Part shown: one piece after another, positions 1 through 14,339 of the stretch
Layout: the number at the start of each line of letters is the position of its first letter
Numbering within the stretch: the first letter of the stretch is position 1
Assembly: GCA_030390025.1 (NCBI GenBank)
Contig: JASTWF010000326.1
Span: 62,001-126,000, forward strand
Length of the DNA stretch: 64,000 nucleotides
Reading direction: 5' to 3'
Source: Squalus acanthias
Taxonomy: Eukaryota
Program-made: the position numbers and the translations under genes
The notes under the pieces: generated by a model
Told to the model about the DNA's origin: nothing
Database searches by the model: none
What the model saw: the letters and a program-made list of their open reading frames with translations, nothing else

Positions 1-279
1 AGAACCATTGTGTTAGCAGGTGGTGAAAATAATGAGTTGATAATACCATCTACTGTAGCATCTCAGAATCATATTCGGCCCATCATGTCTGTGCTGGCAC
101 TTTGAAAGAGCTATCACTGCATAAAAAAATGGTGCTTTTCAATTCTATCATCGGGTTCAAAGACTGCTTTCTCTTATTTTGAGGTATATACACTGCAACA
201 CCCAGGTAATGCTGTAAAAGGAAATGGCCTTTGAACCCTGGAACTCATTAGGGAATATTAAAATATTAAAGATAGATAA
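1..279 (-). pseudogene. Exon remnant(s) (REJ region), with a short CR1-tail-like piece at ~62-115
   Basis: ggctgcag|; NILIFPNEFQG...YSITWV, then shifted-frame IELKSTIFLCS (cf. ALTTKVHFECT). Confidence 0.3.
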
Positions 280-1262
280 CTGCAGCCACTCATTAACCAA
301 TAGCTGGGGGGGTGGTGGGGTCGAAACACATTCATGAATACAAAACTTGTTTATCCAAACACTGGAAAATTCCACCAAAAACATTTTAGAATTTATCTTT
401 ATTTATTTTGGTTTGGTCATTAGGATTTAAATATTACAGAAAAATTGATCATTTTCCAGTTCTTTTACCAAAGATAATTTGTTCAATAAGTCAGTGCTGA
501 CCCTGTATTAAGGTAGACTGTTGGGGTACAGTAAAGAAAACTTTATTCTGCATTTGGTTGAGATTGGACATAAGAACTGGAAAAGTAATCCATCTCCCAG
601 AAATATTTTAACAATATTTGAACAAAAATTGATCACCCTGACACAGAGCTTTTAATTTAATTTGATGGACGTTAAATTATTGAGGGGGGGGGGGGGGCAA
701 AATTTCTCTTGCGACTGCTAGAGCATTGAATATTAATTTTTTTGTATACTTTTAGGAAATTTTCCCAATCAGCTACAGCATCAACAGTGACAGTGTCGAG
801 GCAAAAGAAAAAGCAAGACAAAGACATGAGGCCACTGAAGCAGACAGCGTAAATGAGTTCAAGACGTAAACAGATCTATTGATCTCTTGAGCCAAAAGAA
901 AAGAGCACCACTCGACCGAAACATCACTAAGCCAACTTGAAACAGACAGCAGCACAGATATACACACCATGGGAGACTTTGACATTTGAATTTGAGGAGA
1001 AAACACAGGGTGAGTCATAGAGCACTGGCAGTAGGTTATGAGGAGCCAATTAATGCAGCACACTGCATGCCCCTCCTGAGTTGCACGAGCTTCCACACTG
1101 AGGCTGGTATAGTACCACACCCTTGTTGAGGAATCTCTTGCTTCCTGTCACATTACTGCAGGGTGATCAAAATCACTGCATAGGAGTCCAACACCAGCAT
1201 CGTCAGAGAGGAAAGATTATCTGCATGGAAGTCTGCCATTCAGCATAAGGTAATACCACAGA

Positions 1263-2779
1263 GTCATAACGGCACAGGAGGCCGCCATTCGGCCCATCAA
1301 GTCCATGCCAGCTCTCTGTAGAGCAATCCAGTCAGTCCCATTCCCCCGCTCTATCCCCGTAGCCCTGCAAGTTTATTTCCCTCAAGTGCCTATCCAGTCT
1401 CCCCTTGAAAACATTGAGTGTCTCCGCTTCCACCACTTCCGTCAGCAGCGAATTCCAGGTCATCACCACTCTCTGCGTAAACATTTTTTTCCTCACGTGC
1501 CCCCTGTATCTCTTGCCCAAAACCTTAAATCTGTGTCCCCTAGTCCTTGTACCATCAACTAGTGGGAACAGCCTTTCCCCATCTAGCCTATCCAAACCCG
1601 TCATAATCTTGTACACCTCTATCAAATCACCCGTCAACCTCCTTTGCTCTAATGAAAACAAATCCAGCTTCTCCAACCTGTCCTTGTAGCTAAGATACCC
1701 CATCCCTGGAAACATTCTGGTAAATCTCCTCTGCACCCTCTCAAGGGCCTTCACATCCTTCCTAAAGTGTGGTGACCAGAACTGGATGCAATACTCCAGT
1801 TGTGGCCTAACCAGTGCTTTATAAAGGTTCAGCATAACTTCTCTACTTTTGTACTCAATACCTCTATTTATGAAGCCCAAGATCCCATATGCTTTGTTAA
1901 CCACTCTCTCAATATGTCCTGCTACCTTCAGGGACCTATGCACATTAACTCCCAGGTCCCTCTGTCCCTGCACACTCTTTAAAACTGTGCCATTAAGTGT
2001 ATATTGCCTCTCCGTTCCTTCTGCCAAAATGCATCACCTCACACTTCTCTGTATTAAATTCCATCTGCCACTTGTCTGCCCATTCTGCTAGCCTTTCTAT
2101 GTCCTGTTGCAGTCGATTGGTATCATCATCACTGTTTGCCACACCCCCAAGTTTGGTGTCATCGACAAATTTAGAAATTCTACTCTGTATTCCAATATCC
2201 AGGTCATTTATATATATGTGGCCCCAGCACTGACCCTTGGGGAACACCACTGTCTACCATCCTCCAGTCTGAAAAACAGCCATTTACCACAACTCGCTGT
2301 ATTCTGTCCTTAAGCCAATTCCTTATTCAAGCTGCCACTGACCCACCTGTTCCACGAGCCTCAATTTTGTTAACCAGCCTTCTATGTGGTACTTTGTCAA
2401 ATGCCTTCCAAAAATCCATGTAGAAAACATCTATTGCATTCCCTTCATCAATCCTCCCTGTTACTTCATCAAAAAATTCAATTAGATTAGTCAAACTCAA
2501 TTTGCCTTTTACAAATCCTTGTTGGCGCTCCTTAATTAGCTTAAACCTCTCCAAGTGCCCGTTAATTTTTTCTTTGATTATTGTTTCTAAAACTTTACCC
2601 ACCACTGATGTTAAACTGTAGTTACTAGCATTGTCCTTCCACCCTTTCTTGAACAATGGTGTCACATTTGCCACTTTCCAATCCTCAGGCACCTCTCCCG
2701 CATCTCTGGAAGATTGGAAAATTATGGCAAGCCCTTCCGCTATCTCCTCCCCCAATTCCCTTAGCAACCTGGGATGCAA
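1263..2779 (-). mobile_element. CR1 LINE, 5'-truncated, RT region plus 3' UTR
   Basis: ORFs 2327-2779, 1993-2250, 1332-2027: [38 protein letters not shown]. Confidence 0.95.
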
Positions 2780-4079
2780 GCCAGTGGTATCTGCAATGGA
2801 GAACCCAATTACATAGTCCTTATTACAGCATCAACATCTCAAAAATGCTCCCACTACTGCTGCAAAAGACTTAAGAATCCAAATGCAATACAGTTATTAA
2901 CTGCTTTGCTAACCTGTCCTGCCACTTTCAAAGATTTGAGCACAAACACCCTCACAGTTAGCTCCCTACACCTTGTGAGGTAGGGTGTTAATGTCTTGGC
3001 ATTACCATCTTTCTTCAACCTTCATTTTAATGGCTCAGCAATAAAAGTAATTGAAATCTCAGCGGTTAAAGGGAACCACAAGGGAGAGTTTCAAAGACCT
3101 AATGGTACAGATGTACCAATTGGCAAACTTCATGTACAAACAATTAATCCGTACTGCACTCATTCGAAAATATCAGAGAAATATAGTATTTTAAACATTT
3201 GTACGTGAACTTCAATTGGAAAATATACCCCAATACGTGGGCACTCATCTATGCTCAGGCAGATCAGTAATCCTCGAGAAGATGCCCTTCAACAGTGGCC
3301 TGAATGGAACAATGGAGGAGCAGCTGGTTGACATCCATGTCAGCAGCAGTTATGTGCCATCACGTAGCTAGGCAGAAGTGACAGTAGGCACTCCAGCAAA
3401 CGAGTCCGCTAATGCTGATAGAGGTACATGACAATTAGTTGCACGCAGAGGTAGCTGGCCTTCTGTATTATCTGTAACTAAGAAATTGGCTAGACAACCA
3501 CCCATATTGGTGCTACTTCAATTAGAGAAGTACATGGTAGCAGAAACACAGAAGCTCATAGTGCACAGGGAACAATTCGCCTGCAACACAAGCACATTCA
3601 CCAAAGCACGCAATAAAATTAATTGATATTAACTAAAGAGCCAATTCAACAAACCTGGTTAAAAAGATATGGACAGCTGCAGGAGGCCCGAATACTGTGC
3701 CAGCAGAGTGATGAACTGACCTTGCAACAGCTGGTAGCCCAACTCTCAAATCTCATTTGAACACACTCTGCACAGTTTAAGCTTTGTGTTGCAGTGTGAG
3801 GAGGGGGCGGAGGGCGGTGTTAGTAGAGTGAGGAGAGTGCTACTGCTCAAACTTAAATGGATAAAAATTATGGGACTAAAAAATAAGTGGGTGCTCTACT
3901 TTTTTAATAAAAGGTTCAAATATGATTTGAAAAAAGTTTACCACTTTTTTTTTTTTAAGACTGTGCGGTGGCTGACAGCCCACGGTAGAAACATCAACTG
4001 GAACCTGTACGATAATGGCAAAATGGCACTGGTGTCAACCACTTTTTCATGCTGCGAAAGTGGACATTCTGCTGCATGA

Positions 4080-4830
4080 AGTGATGCAAGGAGGACTGTC
4101 CTGTTTGGCACTTCAGAACACCCTTCCCAGGGGACTGAAGTGCGTAGTGCCGTGCAAATAGTGGCAACTAAACATTGTTGACAATAACTGAAGAACTTGG
4201 GAACAAAAGCAGGAGAAGATTGCATACTTTGAGGAGTGTGGTAAAGCAAGACTAATAAACTGTACCATAACATGGCAGAAGGTTCCATGCCACAAAGTAT
4301 TGCTATTCAAAATGTTCCAGATTTACTACTTACTCATGCCAAGCCCTTACCCAATCTTCGTTGCGTCTCCTGCATATCATATATTAGCAGGGCACACATT
4401 CAAGATACAACATACAATTGAAAGCTAAGTCACACTCACACCAACATGGTTACATATTGGTATCTAGAATGGGTGACACAACATCACACATGGCAGCCAG
4501 TGATCTCCTGTACCTTGGGAAAGGCACCAATGTGTTGACATTGAGCAGCTACATCTCAATACTTAGTGGGAAAGGAGATGAAAGTACTGGCTGTGCTGAG
4601 TGAGTCATGTGTGTGATCCAAGTGTGGGCAGGACATTACCTGATAACACAGTGCTAGCCAGGAATAAGCCATGGGCATAACAACTGAGGGAAATAGGAGT
4701 GCAATCTCAATGTTGCAGGTTGGCTGCAGGCATCCTTGCTGCAGATTGCAACGTTCTACTCTGTTGATTCAGAGCAAGCTGAGGCAGTTGTCTTGGATCA
4801 TTGACGGGTACGTATGCCGAAGTTTGCAGA
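4080..4830. mobile_element. Possible decayed PIF/Harbinger remnant (Myb/SANT-like on +, transposase N-terminus on -)
   Basis: + strand RTVLFG...EKIAY; - strand SMIQDNCLSLL...LQPTCNIEIAL, similar to Harbinger transposase N-terminus; highly degenerate. Confidence 0.3.
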
Positions 4831-5239
4831 TATCGTCTGGGGCCTGTTGATCTCCCTGGCATACCTCATTTTGTCCTGTACTCTCAGCCATGAAATATTG
4901 TATTCAACCCTTTAAAAACAAACTTATCTTATCTCCCTTCTTGTTAATGTGCATGTGTTTTTCAAAAGGCCTTAATCACACATCTTTTTTCTGAACTTAA
5001 GGTTCATTGATCCATTTTTGGATGGTCAGAATACTGACAATAGCACTAAACCACAAACAATAATCTGTTACTACTTTTTACTTTTATGCACGATTGTATT
5101 CGCATGGAAATTTTTGTTGTGCTATCATTAGTCAACAGGGGAAATATAGTCCCTTATTTTTCTTTGTTTCAGTTTTTTGAAAAATAGCTGACGTCACTTT
5201 ATAGTAAATTGGTAAGCTGAGAAAGCAGTTTATGATGAA

Positions 5240-5415
5240 ATGGCAAAGCAATGCCAGAGATTAATACTATAATTATATGTCTAATAGTAGAGGGATATCT
5301 TTACAGGAAAACAATCTGCACATATGAAAGTCTCACTAAAAAGTCCATAATGACTAATGCAGGAAAGGGAACACTCACTGGTGTAATAGGGGTTTTCTTC
5401 CTTTTGGAGAGTATG
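5240..5415 (-). pseudogene. Exon remnant (REJ region)
   Basis: Acceptor cccctctttcatag|; CSLSCISH...FICADCFPVKISLYY*TY resembles PKD1 VSLECVSC...CLNC...RW; TAG at 5281-5283 at the Trp position. Confidence 0.5.
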
Positions 5416-5669
5416 CTATGAAAGAGGGGAAGGAGCTTCATCATGCATCGAGCCCAATTCTATACCTGACCGAGGTGTGCTAAAAAAAGTGTGTAAAATA
5501 AGGGCAAATTACAAACACGACTATGAATATCCTTTAACCTGATGAGCACAAATTTAACTCACCCAAAGGGGTCAGATTGAAGATAGCAAGGCTACAATTT
5601 TCTGAAACACTGGTTGATAAACAAACTTGCAATACATTATAAACATATAGATCTGGCCTATATGACTCC

Positions 5670-7415
5670 AGTCCCATAGCAATGTGGTTGACTTTATGTA
5701 ACTGCCCTCTGAAATGGTCTAGCAAGCCACTCAGTTGAATCAAACTGCTACAAAAAATTACAATAATAATAAAACCGGATGGAGCATTCAGCATCGACCT
5801 AGGCATTGGATTCAGACCCGACAAAGGTACACCCAGCCCAGTCGACCCTGCAAAGTCGTCCTCACCAACATCTGGGGACTTGAGCCAAAATTGGGAGAGC
5901 TGTCCCATAGACTAGTCAAGCAACTGCCTGACATATTCATACTCAAAGAATCATACCCATCAGCAAACATCTCAGACTCCTCCATCACCATCCCAGGGTA
6001 TGTCCTCTCCCACTGGCAGGACAGACCCACCAGGCGGCACAGTGGTATACGGTCAGGAGGGAGTGGCCCTGGGAGTCCTCAACATTGATTCTGGACCCCA
6101 TGAAGTTTCTCGGCATCAGATCAAACATGGGCAAGGAAACCTCCTGCCGAGGATCACCTACTGCCCTCCCTCAGCTGATGAATCAGTGCTCCTACAAGTT
6201 GAACACTTGGAAGAAGCACGGAGGGTAGCAAGGGCGCTCTGGGTACGGGACTTCAATGACCATCACCAAGATTGCTCGGTAGCACTACTACTGACCGAGC
6301 TGGCTGAGTCCTGAAGGACATAGCTGCCAAACTGGGCTTGCGGCAGGTGGCGAGAGAATCAACATGGGGGAAAAACCTACTTGAAGTTGTCCTCACCATT
6401 TTACCTGTCGTAGATGCATCTGTCCATGACAGTATTGGCAGGAGTGACCACCGCCCAGTCCTTGTGGAGACGAAGACCCGTCTTCACACTGAGGACACCC
6501 TCCATCGTGTTGTGTGGCACTACCACCGTGCTAAATGGGATAGATTCAGAACAGATCTAGCAGCTCAAAACTGGGCAACCATGAGGCACTGTGGGCCACA
6601 AGCAGCAGAATTGTATTCCACCACAATCTGTAATCACATGGCCTGGCATATCCCTCACTTCACCATTACCATCAAGCCAGAGTGTGGAAGAGCATGCCAG
6701 GAGCAGCACCAGGCATACCTGAAAATGAGGTGCCCACCTGGTGAAGCTAGAACACAGGACTACATGTATGCTAAACAGCAGAAGCAGCATGCTATAGACA
6801 GAGCTAAGCAATCTCACAACCAATGGATCAGATCAAAGCTGTGTAGTTCTACCACATCGAGTCATGAATGGTGGTGGACAATTACACAACTAATGGGAGG
6901 AGGCGGCTCCATCAACATTCCATCCTCAAATACGCAACCCAGCATGAGAGCAAAAGACAAGGCTGAGCTTGACACAAACCAGGACAAAGCAGCCTGTTTG
7001 ATTGGCACCCCATCCACCACCTTCAACATTCACTCCCTCCACCAGCGGCGCACTGTGGCTGCAGTGTGTACCATCTACAAGATGCACTGCAGCAACTCAC
7101 CAAGGTTTCTTCGACAGCACCTCCCAAACCCCCGACTGCTGCCACCTAGAAGGACAAGGGCAGGAGGTGCATGGGAACACCACCACTTCCAAGTTGCACA
7201 CCATCCTGACTTGGAACTATATCACCATTTCTTTAACGTCGCCGGGTCAAAATCCTGGAACTCCCTTGCTGACAGCACTGTGGGAGTATCTTCACCCTAT
7301 GGACTGCAGTGGTTCAAGAAGGCAGCTCACCACCATCTTCTCACGGGCAATTAGGGATGGGCAATAAATGTTTGACCTTGCCAGCGATACCCACATCCAG
7401 TGAACAAATAAAAAA
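5670..7415 (+). mobile_element. CR1-clade LINE family B, 5' end and APE present, RT deleted
   Basis: PDIFILKESY, DSGPHEVS, PPSADES, SDH, SSHEWWW, then straight to C-terminal KKAAHHHLLTGN and 3' tail. Confidence 0.9.
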
Positions 7416-7416
7416 C

Positions 7417-8946
7417 GACAGGGAGAGGAACTAAATGGATTTAATTTTAATGGAGAAAATAATGGGACTTAAAATAGACAAGCCCCCAGGACCTGATGTT
7501 TCCACCCCAGGTTATTAAAAGAAATAGGTGAGGAAACTGCAGATATATTAGTCCTAATTTTGCAAAGCTCTCTAGATTCAGGAATTGTGCATTTGGGTTG
7601 AAAAATAGTAAATGTCATTCCATTATTTAAGAGGGGAGGGAGGGAGAAATCAGGTAACTGCAGACCTGTCAATTTAACATCAATTGCTGTGTAGTTACTT
7701 GAATCTAGTGACTGACCACTTCAGGTATGACCCGATCAAAGAAATTGAGCATGGATTTGTCAATGTCTAACTAATCTTGTTCCATTTTTTTTTTGAAGAA
7801 GTCACTAGCATGGTTCATAGAGGATTGCTTATTCCAGAAGTCATTTGATAAGGTTCCCACAGAGATTATTAGAAAAAATGAGGGCACGGAATTGGAGGTA
7901 ACCTTGTGACATGAGGCAGTAATTGGTTGGCAGATACGAGCAAGAGTAGGGATAAAAGGAACGTTCTCTGCTTGGCAAGATGTGGCAAGTGGTGCTCCCC
8001 AGGGATCTGTACTGGGGCCTCAGCTTTTCACGATATATATTTATGATATGGATGAAGGAATAAATAGCTGTATATCCCAGTTTGCAGATGACACTAAGTT
8101 GGGAGGTACAGTAAGTTGTGTGGATGGGAGCAGGAAGTTATAAAGGGACAGACAGAGTAACCAGAACTATGGCAGAAGGAGTTCAATATGGGGAAGTGAG
8201 ATCATCCACTTAGGATCAGAGATAGACAAATCAGAATATTTTCTTCATGGTGAGAGATTAGAAGCTGTCGCGGTGCAAAGCCTAGTGGTCAAGTACAAAA
8301 TGTAACCAAAAAGGCTAATGGAATATTGACTTTTATATAGAGTTGAAATTCAGAAGTGAGGAAGCTATGCTTCAGTTGTACAGAGCCCAGGTCAAACCCC
8401 ATCTGGAGTACGGTGTTCAATTTTAGGCACCAAATCTCAGGAAAGATACATTGGCTTTGGAAGAGGTACAGTGCAGATTCGCCCGAATGATACCAGGGAT
8501 TAAAGCGTTAAACTACGAGGGCAGGTTGCATAAACTTAGCTTGTTTCCCCTCGAGTTTAGAAGTTTGAGGTGTGATCTAATCGAGGAGTTTAAAACTATA
8601 AAAGAATTTGACAGGGTAGATAGAGAAACTATTATCTCTGATGTGGAAATCCAGAACAAGAGGGCATAATATTACAATTAGAGCTAGGGCATTTAGGAGT
8701 GAAGTCAGGAAGCACTTTTTCACACAAGGGTAAGTGGAAATCTGTAACTCGTTCCTCTAAAAGGCTGTGGATGCTGGGTCAATTGAAATTTTCAAGACTG
8801 AGATCGGTAGGTTTCTGTCAGGTAAGTCTATCAAGGAATATGGAACAAATGCAGGTCAATGAAGTTGAGGTAACGATCAGCTACAATTTAATAGAACGGC
8901 AAAACAGACTCAAGGGGCTGAGTGGCCTACTCTTGTTCCTATGTTT
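7417..8946 (+). mobile_element. Degenerate CR1 LINE (RT to 3' end)
   Basis: [12 protein letters not shown] and FADDTKL coding motifs; 3' tail ggcctactcttgttcctatg. Confidence 0.9.
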
Positions 8947-9099
8947 GTGTGGCACAGTTGTTCAGAGACATGATGACTTCCACTGCCACAAGTAGTGCAG
9001 TCTAGATAGGGGACTGTGGCTGTAGGTGAGTCCCAGTTGGCTAAGATACCTCATTGATGGCCACTCTACTGAGACAAAGCCTTTTCAAACAGAGCTCTT

Positions 9100-12000
9100 G
9101 GGTGAAGTGTAATCAGGGGGATAGATACTGTTCTCTGCAGCCACGACCAAGAGTTCCGAAGGATGTGTTGCCTGCCCGGTGCCAGGGTTAAAGACATCTC
9201 CTCGTGGCTGGAGGAGAACTTGGAGTGGGAGGGGGATGATCCAGTTGTCGTGGTCCACGTTGGAACCAACAACATAGGTAGAACTAGGAATGAGGTTCTG
9301 CTGAGGGAGTTTGAGGAGCGAGGATCCAAATTAAAAAGCAGAACCTCAAAGGTAATAATCTCTGGATTGTTACCTGAGCCACGCGCAAATTGGCATAGGG
9401 ACAAACAGATTAGAGGTTTAAATGCATGGCTCAAAGAGTGGTGTGGGAGCAAGCGGTTTCAGTTCGTGGGGCACTGACACCAGTACTGGGGAAAGAGGGA
9501 GCTGTTCCGTTGGGACGGGCTCCACTTAAACTGGGCTGTGACCAGTGTCTTGGCGAACTGAATAACTAGGGCAGTAGACAGGGCTTTAAATTAATGAAGG
9601 GCGGGTGGGAGGATTCTGGAAACAGTAAATTTAAAAGCGAGAGAATTGTCAAGGCTCTGGAGCAGAGTAGAGTTTTGGGTAAAAATAAGCAGAGTGGGTC
9701 AGGAAGGGACAGAGAGAGTAACAAAGGTAATAAGGCATCAGTGACTAAGGTGACATCAGGGAAAAATAGAAAGAAGTCAAAGTTAATGGCACTATATCTG
9801 AATGCGCGAAGCATTCGTAACAAAATAGATGAATTAATAGTGCAGATAGAAATTAATAGGTGTGATCTAATAGCCATTACGGAGACGTGGACGCAATGTG
9901 GCCAAGGTTGGGAACTAGATATTCCAGGATACTTAACTTTTAGAAGAGATAGGCAAAATGGAAAAGGAGGAGGGGTAGCCCTGATAATAAAGGATGGGAT
10001 TACGACAGTAGAGAGAAAGGATCTTAGCTCCGAAAATCAAAAAGTAGAATCAGTTTGGGTGGAGCTAAGAAACAGCAAGAGGCAGAAAACATTGGTGGGA
10101 GTTGTTTATAGGCCCCCAAAGAGTAGTTGTAATGTTGGGCAGAGTATGATTCAGGAAATTAGAGGCGCATGCATCAAGGGTAATATAGTAATCATGGGGG
10201 ACTTTAATCTACATACAGACTGGGCAAACCAAATTTGCAGTAATAGTGTAGAGGACAAATTCATGGAATGTATGCAAGATAGTTTTCTAGATCAGTATGT
10301 TGAGGAACCAATTAGGGAACAGGCAATTTTAGATTGAGTATTATGCAACGAGAAAGGGTTAATCAATAACCTTGTAGTAAAGGGGCCTTTAGGGAAGAGT
10401 GACCATAATATGATAGAATTTTATATTGAGTTTGAAAGTGATTTAGTTAAATCCAAAACTAGGTTCTTAAATCTAAACAAAGCAAACTATGTAGGTATGA
10501 GGGGAGAGTTGGCTAAGGTAGATTGGGAAACTACATTAAAAAGTATAATGGTAGAGAAGCAATGGTTAGCATTTAAAGAATACATAACTTACAACAAATA
10601 TACATTCCTTTAAGGCACAAAAACCCCACAGGAAAAGTAGTCCAACCATGGCTAACAAGAGTAGTTAAAGATAGTATTAGATCAAAGAGGCTTATAATGT
10701 TGCCAAAAAGAAAGCCTGAGGATTGGGAAGATTTCAGAATTCAGCAAAAGAGGACCAAGAAATTGATAAAGAAAGGGAAAATAGAATATTAGTAAACTAT
10801 TGAGACACATAAAAACAGAGTGTAAAAGCTTCTATAGGTATGTAAAAAGGAGAAGCTCAGTGAAAGTAAATGTGGGTCTCTTACAGGCTGAGACAGGAGA
10901 AATTATAATGGGGAATAAGGAAATGGCAGAGAGATTAAACAAATACTTTGTGTCTGTCTTCACGGAAAAAGATGCAAAAAACTTCCCAGAAATAGTGGAG
11001 AACCAAGGATTTAGCGAGAATGAGGAACTGAAAAAAATTAGTATTAATAAAAAAATAGTACTGAAGAAATTAATCGGACTGAAAGCCAATAAATCCCCTG
11101 GACCTGATGGCCTACATCCTAGGGTTTTGAAAGAGGTGGCTTTCTAGATAGTGGATGCATTGGTTGTTATTTTCCAAAATTTCATAGATTCTAGAACGGT
11201 TCCTGTGGATTGGAAAGTAGCAAATTTAACCCCACTATTTAAGAAAGGAGGGAGAGAGAAAATGGGGAACTACAGACCAGTTAGCCTGACATCAGTAGTA
11301 GGGAAAATGCTAGAATCTATTATTAAGGATGTAGTAATAGTGCACTTAGAAAATAATAATAGGATTGGGCAGAGTCAACACGGATTTATGAAAGGGAAAT
11401 CGTGTTTGACAAATCTGTTGGAGTTTTTTGAGGTTGTAACTAGCAGAATAGATAAGGGGGAACCAGTGGATGTGGTGTATTTGGATTTTCAGAAGGCATT
11501 CGATAAGGTGCCACACAAGAGGTTATTAAACAAAATTAGGGCTCATGGGATTGGGGGTAATATACTAGCATGGATTGAGGATTGGTTAACGGACAGAAAA
11601 CAGAGAGTAGGAATAAACGGGTCATTTTCGGGTTGGCAGGCTGTAATTGGATCAGTGCTTGGGCCTCAGCTATTTACAATCTACGTCATTGATTTGGATG
11701 AGGGGACCAAATGTAATATATCCAAGTTTGCTGATGATACAAAGCTGGGTGGGAATGTAAGTTGTGAGGAGGATGCAAAGAGGCTTCAAGGGGATATAGA
11801 CAAGCTAAGTGAGTGGGCATGAACATGGCAAATGCAATATAATGTGGAGAAATATGAAGTTATCCACTTTGGTAGGAAAAATAGAAAAGCAGTGTATTTT
11901 TTAAATGGTGAGAGATTGGGAAATGTTGGTGTTCAGAGGGACCTGGGTGTCCTTGTACATGAATCACTAAAAGTTAACATGCAGATACAGCAAGCAATTA

Positions 12001-12654
12001 GGAAAGCAAATGCTATGTTGGTCTTTATTACAAGAGGATTTGAGTATAAGAGTAAAGACATCTTACTGCAATTATATAGGGCCCTGGTGAGACCACACCT
12101 GGAGTATTGTGTCCAGTTTTGGTCTCCTTACCTAAGGAAGGATATACTTGCCATAGAGGGAGTGCAATGAAGGTTCACCAGACTGATTCCTGGGATGGGG
12201 GAATTGTCCTATGAGGAGAGATCGAGTAGACTCGGCCTATATTTTCTGGAGTTTAGAAGAATGAGAGGTTATCTCATTGAAACATACAAAATTCTTACAG
12301 GGCTTTACAGGGTAGATGCAGGGAGGATGTTTCCCCTGGCTGGGGAGTCTAGAACCATGGTTTACAGTCTCAGAAGAAGGGGTCAGCCATGTAGGACTGA
12401 AATGAGAGAAATTTCTTTATTCAGAGGGTGGTGAATCTTTGGAATTTTCTACCCCAGAGGGTTGTAGAGGCTCAGTCGTTGAGTATACTCGAGAGAGAGA
12501 TCGATAGATTTTTGGATATTAAGGGAATCAAGGGATATTGGGATAGCGCAGGAAAGTGGAGTTGAGGTAGAAGATCAGCCATGATCTTATTGAATGGTGG
12601 AGCAGGCTCGAGGGGCCAAATGGCCTACTCCTGCTCCTATTTCTGATGTTCTTA
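9100..12654 (+). mobile_element. Near-full-length CR1 LINE: ORF1 SGNH esterase part, ORF2 APE + RT, multiple stops
   Basis: CLPGARVKD..VHVGTNN (esterase); YLNARS, ITETW, YRPP, MGDFN (APE); [20 protein letters not shown] (RT); 3' tail. Confidence 0.97.
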
Positions 12655-13514
12655 AGTGCAAGTAGCTTACTCTCTTGTAGTACTTAGTGTGTCTCGGGTA
12701 TTGGTGGGTGCAGCTGCTTTGTGCCTTGATCTTTCTGGTAGCCTTCTCTTGCTCCTCTTGTCCCTCCTTTTTGTCGCCATCAATGCAGCTTTGCATGCTA
12801 TGCCCATGCTGTCAATTGAAGAAATATGTGGAGTTTTCTGGCTCCTTGTTGCCCCTGTACAGTGCCACCTCACTCTGCACAACTAACAAACATTTTTCTA
12901 GGATTAAACATGCTCAATGCAGAGGAAGTGAAAAGCTGCACAACTTTTCACGGTTTACCTTTACTTGCTTTTTAATAAGACTAAGCAAGTTAAATCTGGC
13001 CCATGTACTGGAAATGCATCAATTTTAACAGCTGGTAATATCACAGAAGAATGTGCTGAAAAATATATAACTTGAAGGCAAAACTAGTATTACACTCAAT
13101 GTGTGTTATTAACTAACACATTGAGGAATTTTGAACCCCTGATTTTTGTTAACTTTCAAATATGGCTTATGTAAGTGACTGATGCCAAATGCACTGAAGC
13201 ATAAAAATGAGTCAATAACAAGTCACATAGAGAAGACAAAATGAATCCTACATGAAATATCTTACAGCACATAAAATGAGATTTATGTTTATTACATAAA
13301 CTGCATTAAGAATTTCACTCTAATGCTGGCTAATTTAATCAATGGCCCTTCTGGGAATCCCTTCCTTTGAGTTTTCCAACCATTTGCATTTGGTCAGTCA
13401 CTGAAATTTAATAAAAAGAAATAGCAGTCTTCTTACAGTATATATGAAATAATGGAATGATGTGATCCAGCATATTTAGATTTCACTGGGGGAAGATAAA
13501 GACTGAGAATCTGA

Positions 13515-13700
13515 CTATCAAATCACATTTGCTGGGGAAATCTGGCTCAGAATCTGAACTCCTGAAATAGTATAACTGTTTTCATTTATGTGCCACTAAT
13601 GAATATTTCAAAGTGAACACAGAATAATTGAACTCCAAAACTTGACAATGCAATAGATGGCAAAAGCGTGAAATTCTCTTAACTGGGGAATGTAATGTTG
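13515..13700 (-). pseudogene. Exon remnant (REJ region), stop plus frameshift
   Basis: ANITFPS*ENFTLLPSIAL...FCVHFEIFISG / NSYTISGVQIL resembles STVTIP..L...YTFSLTV...TVLI. Confidence 0.35.
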
Positions 13701-13905
13701 GCTCTATTTACATGAGGATACCAGTATACATGCCAACCTACACAACTCTACTTGACAGTTTAGGCACATACATCCGTTCACTATTTCTTCCATTGTTTAA
13801 CTACTTAAAATGCAGCAGGCATTATAAAACAACGTTAGTACATAGAAGTAAGTTATGTTGTCTGTTAAGAGTTGATTGTTGCTCGCTGACCTACACTGAT
13901 TCCGG

Positions 13906-14339
13906 CTAAGCAGCATCTCGATTTCAAAATTCTCATTCTTGTTTTCAAATCCCTCCATGGCCTCGCCCCTTCCCATCTCTGTAATCTCCTTCAGCCCCCT
14001 CTCCCCCCCCCCCCCCCCACAAAGATATCTGCGCTCCTCTAATTCTTCCCTCTTGAGCATCCCTGATTATAATCGCTCAACCATTGGTGGCCGTGCCTTC
14101 TGTTGCCTGGGCCCTAAGCTCTGGAATTCCCTGCCTAAACCTCTCCGCTTCGCTAACTCTCTTTCCTCCTTTAAGACGCTCCTTAAAACCTACCTCTTTG
14201 ACCAAGCTTTTGGCCACCTGCCCTAATTTATCCTTATGCGGCTCGGTGTCAATATTTTTTGTCTTACAATACTCCTGTGCAACGCCTTGGGACGTTTTAC
14301 TACGTTAAAGGCGCTATATAAATACAAGTTGTTGTTGTT
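13906..14339 (+). mobile_element. L2 LINE 3' end
   Basis: RYLRSS...IGGRAF...LWNSLP...FKTLLKTYLF; tail ggcgctatataaatacaag(ttg)n. Confidence 0.85.

Noticed and set aside
756..1250. Plus-strand host exon after tttag| at 755
   Set aside because: All three frames stop within 40 codons; no recognisable product.
9594..12434. Active LINE or functional RT gene
   Set aside because: ORF2 is broken by multiple stops and frameshifts.
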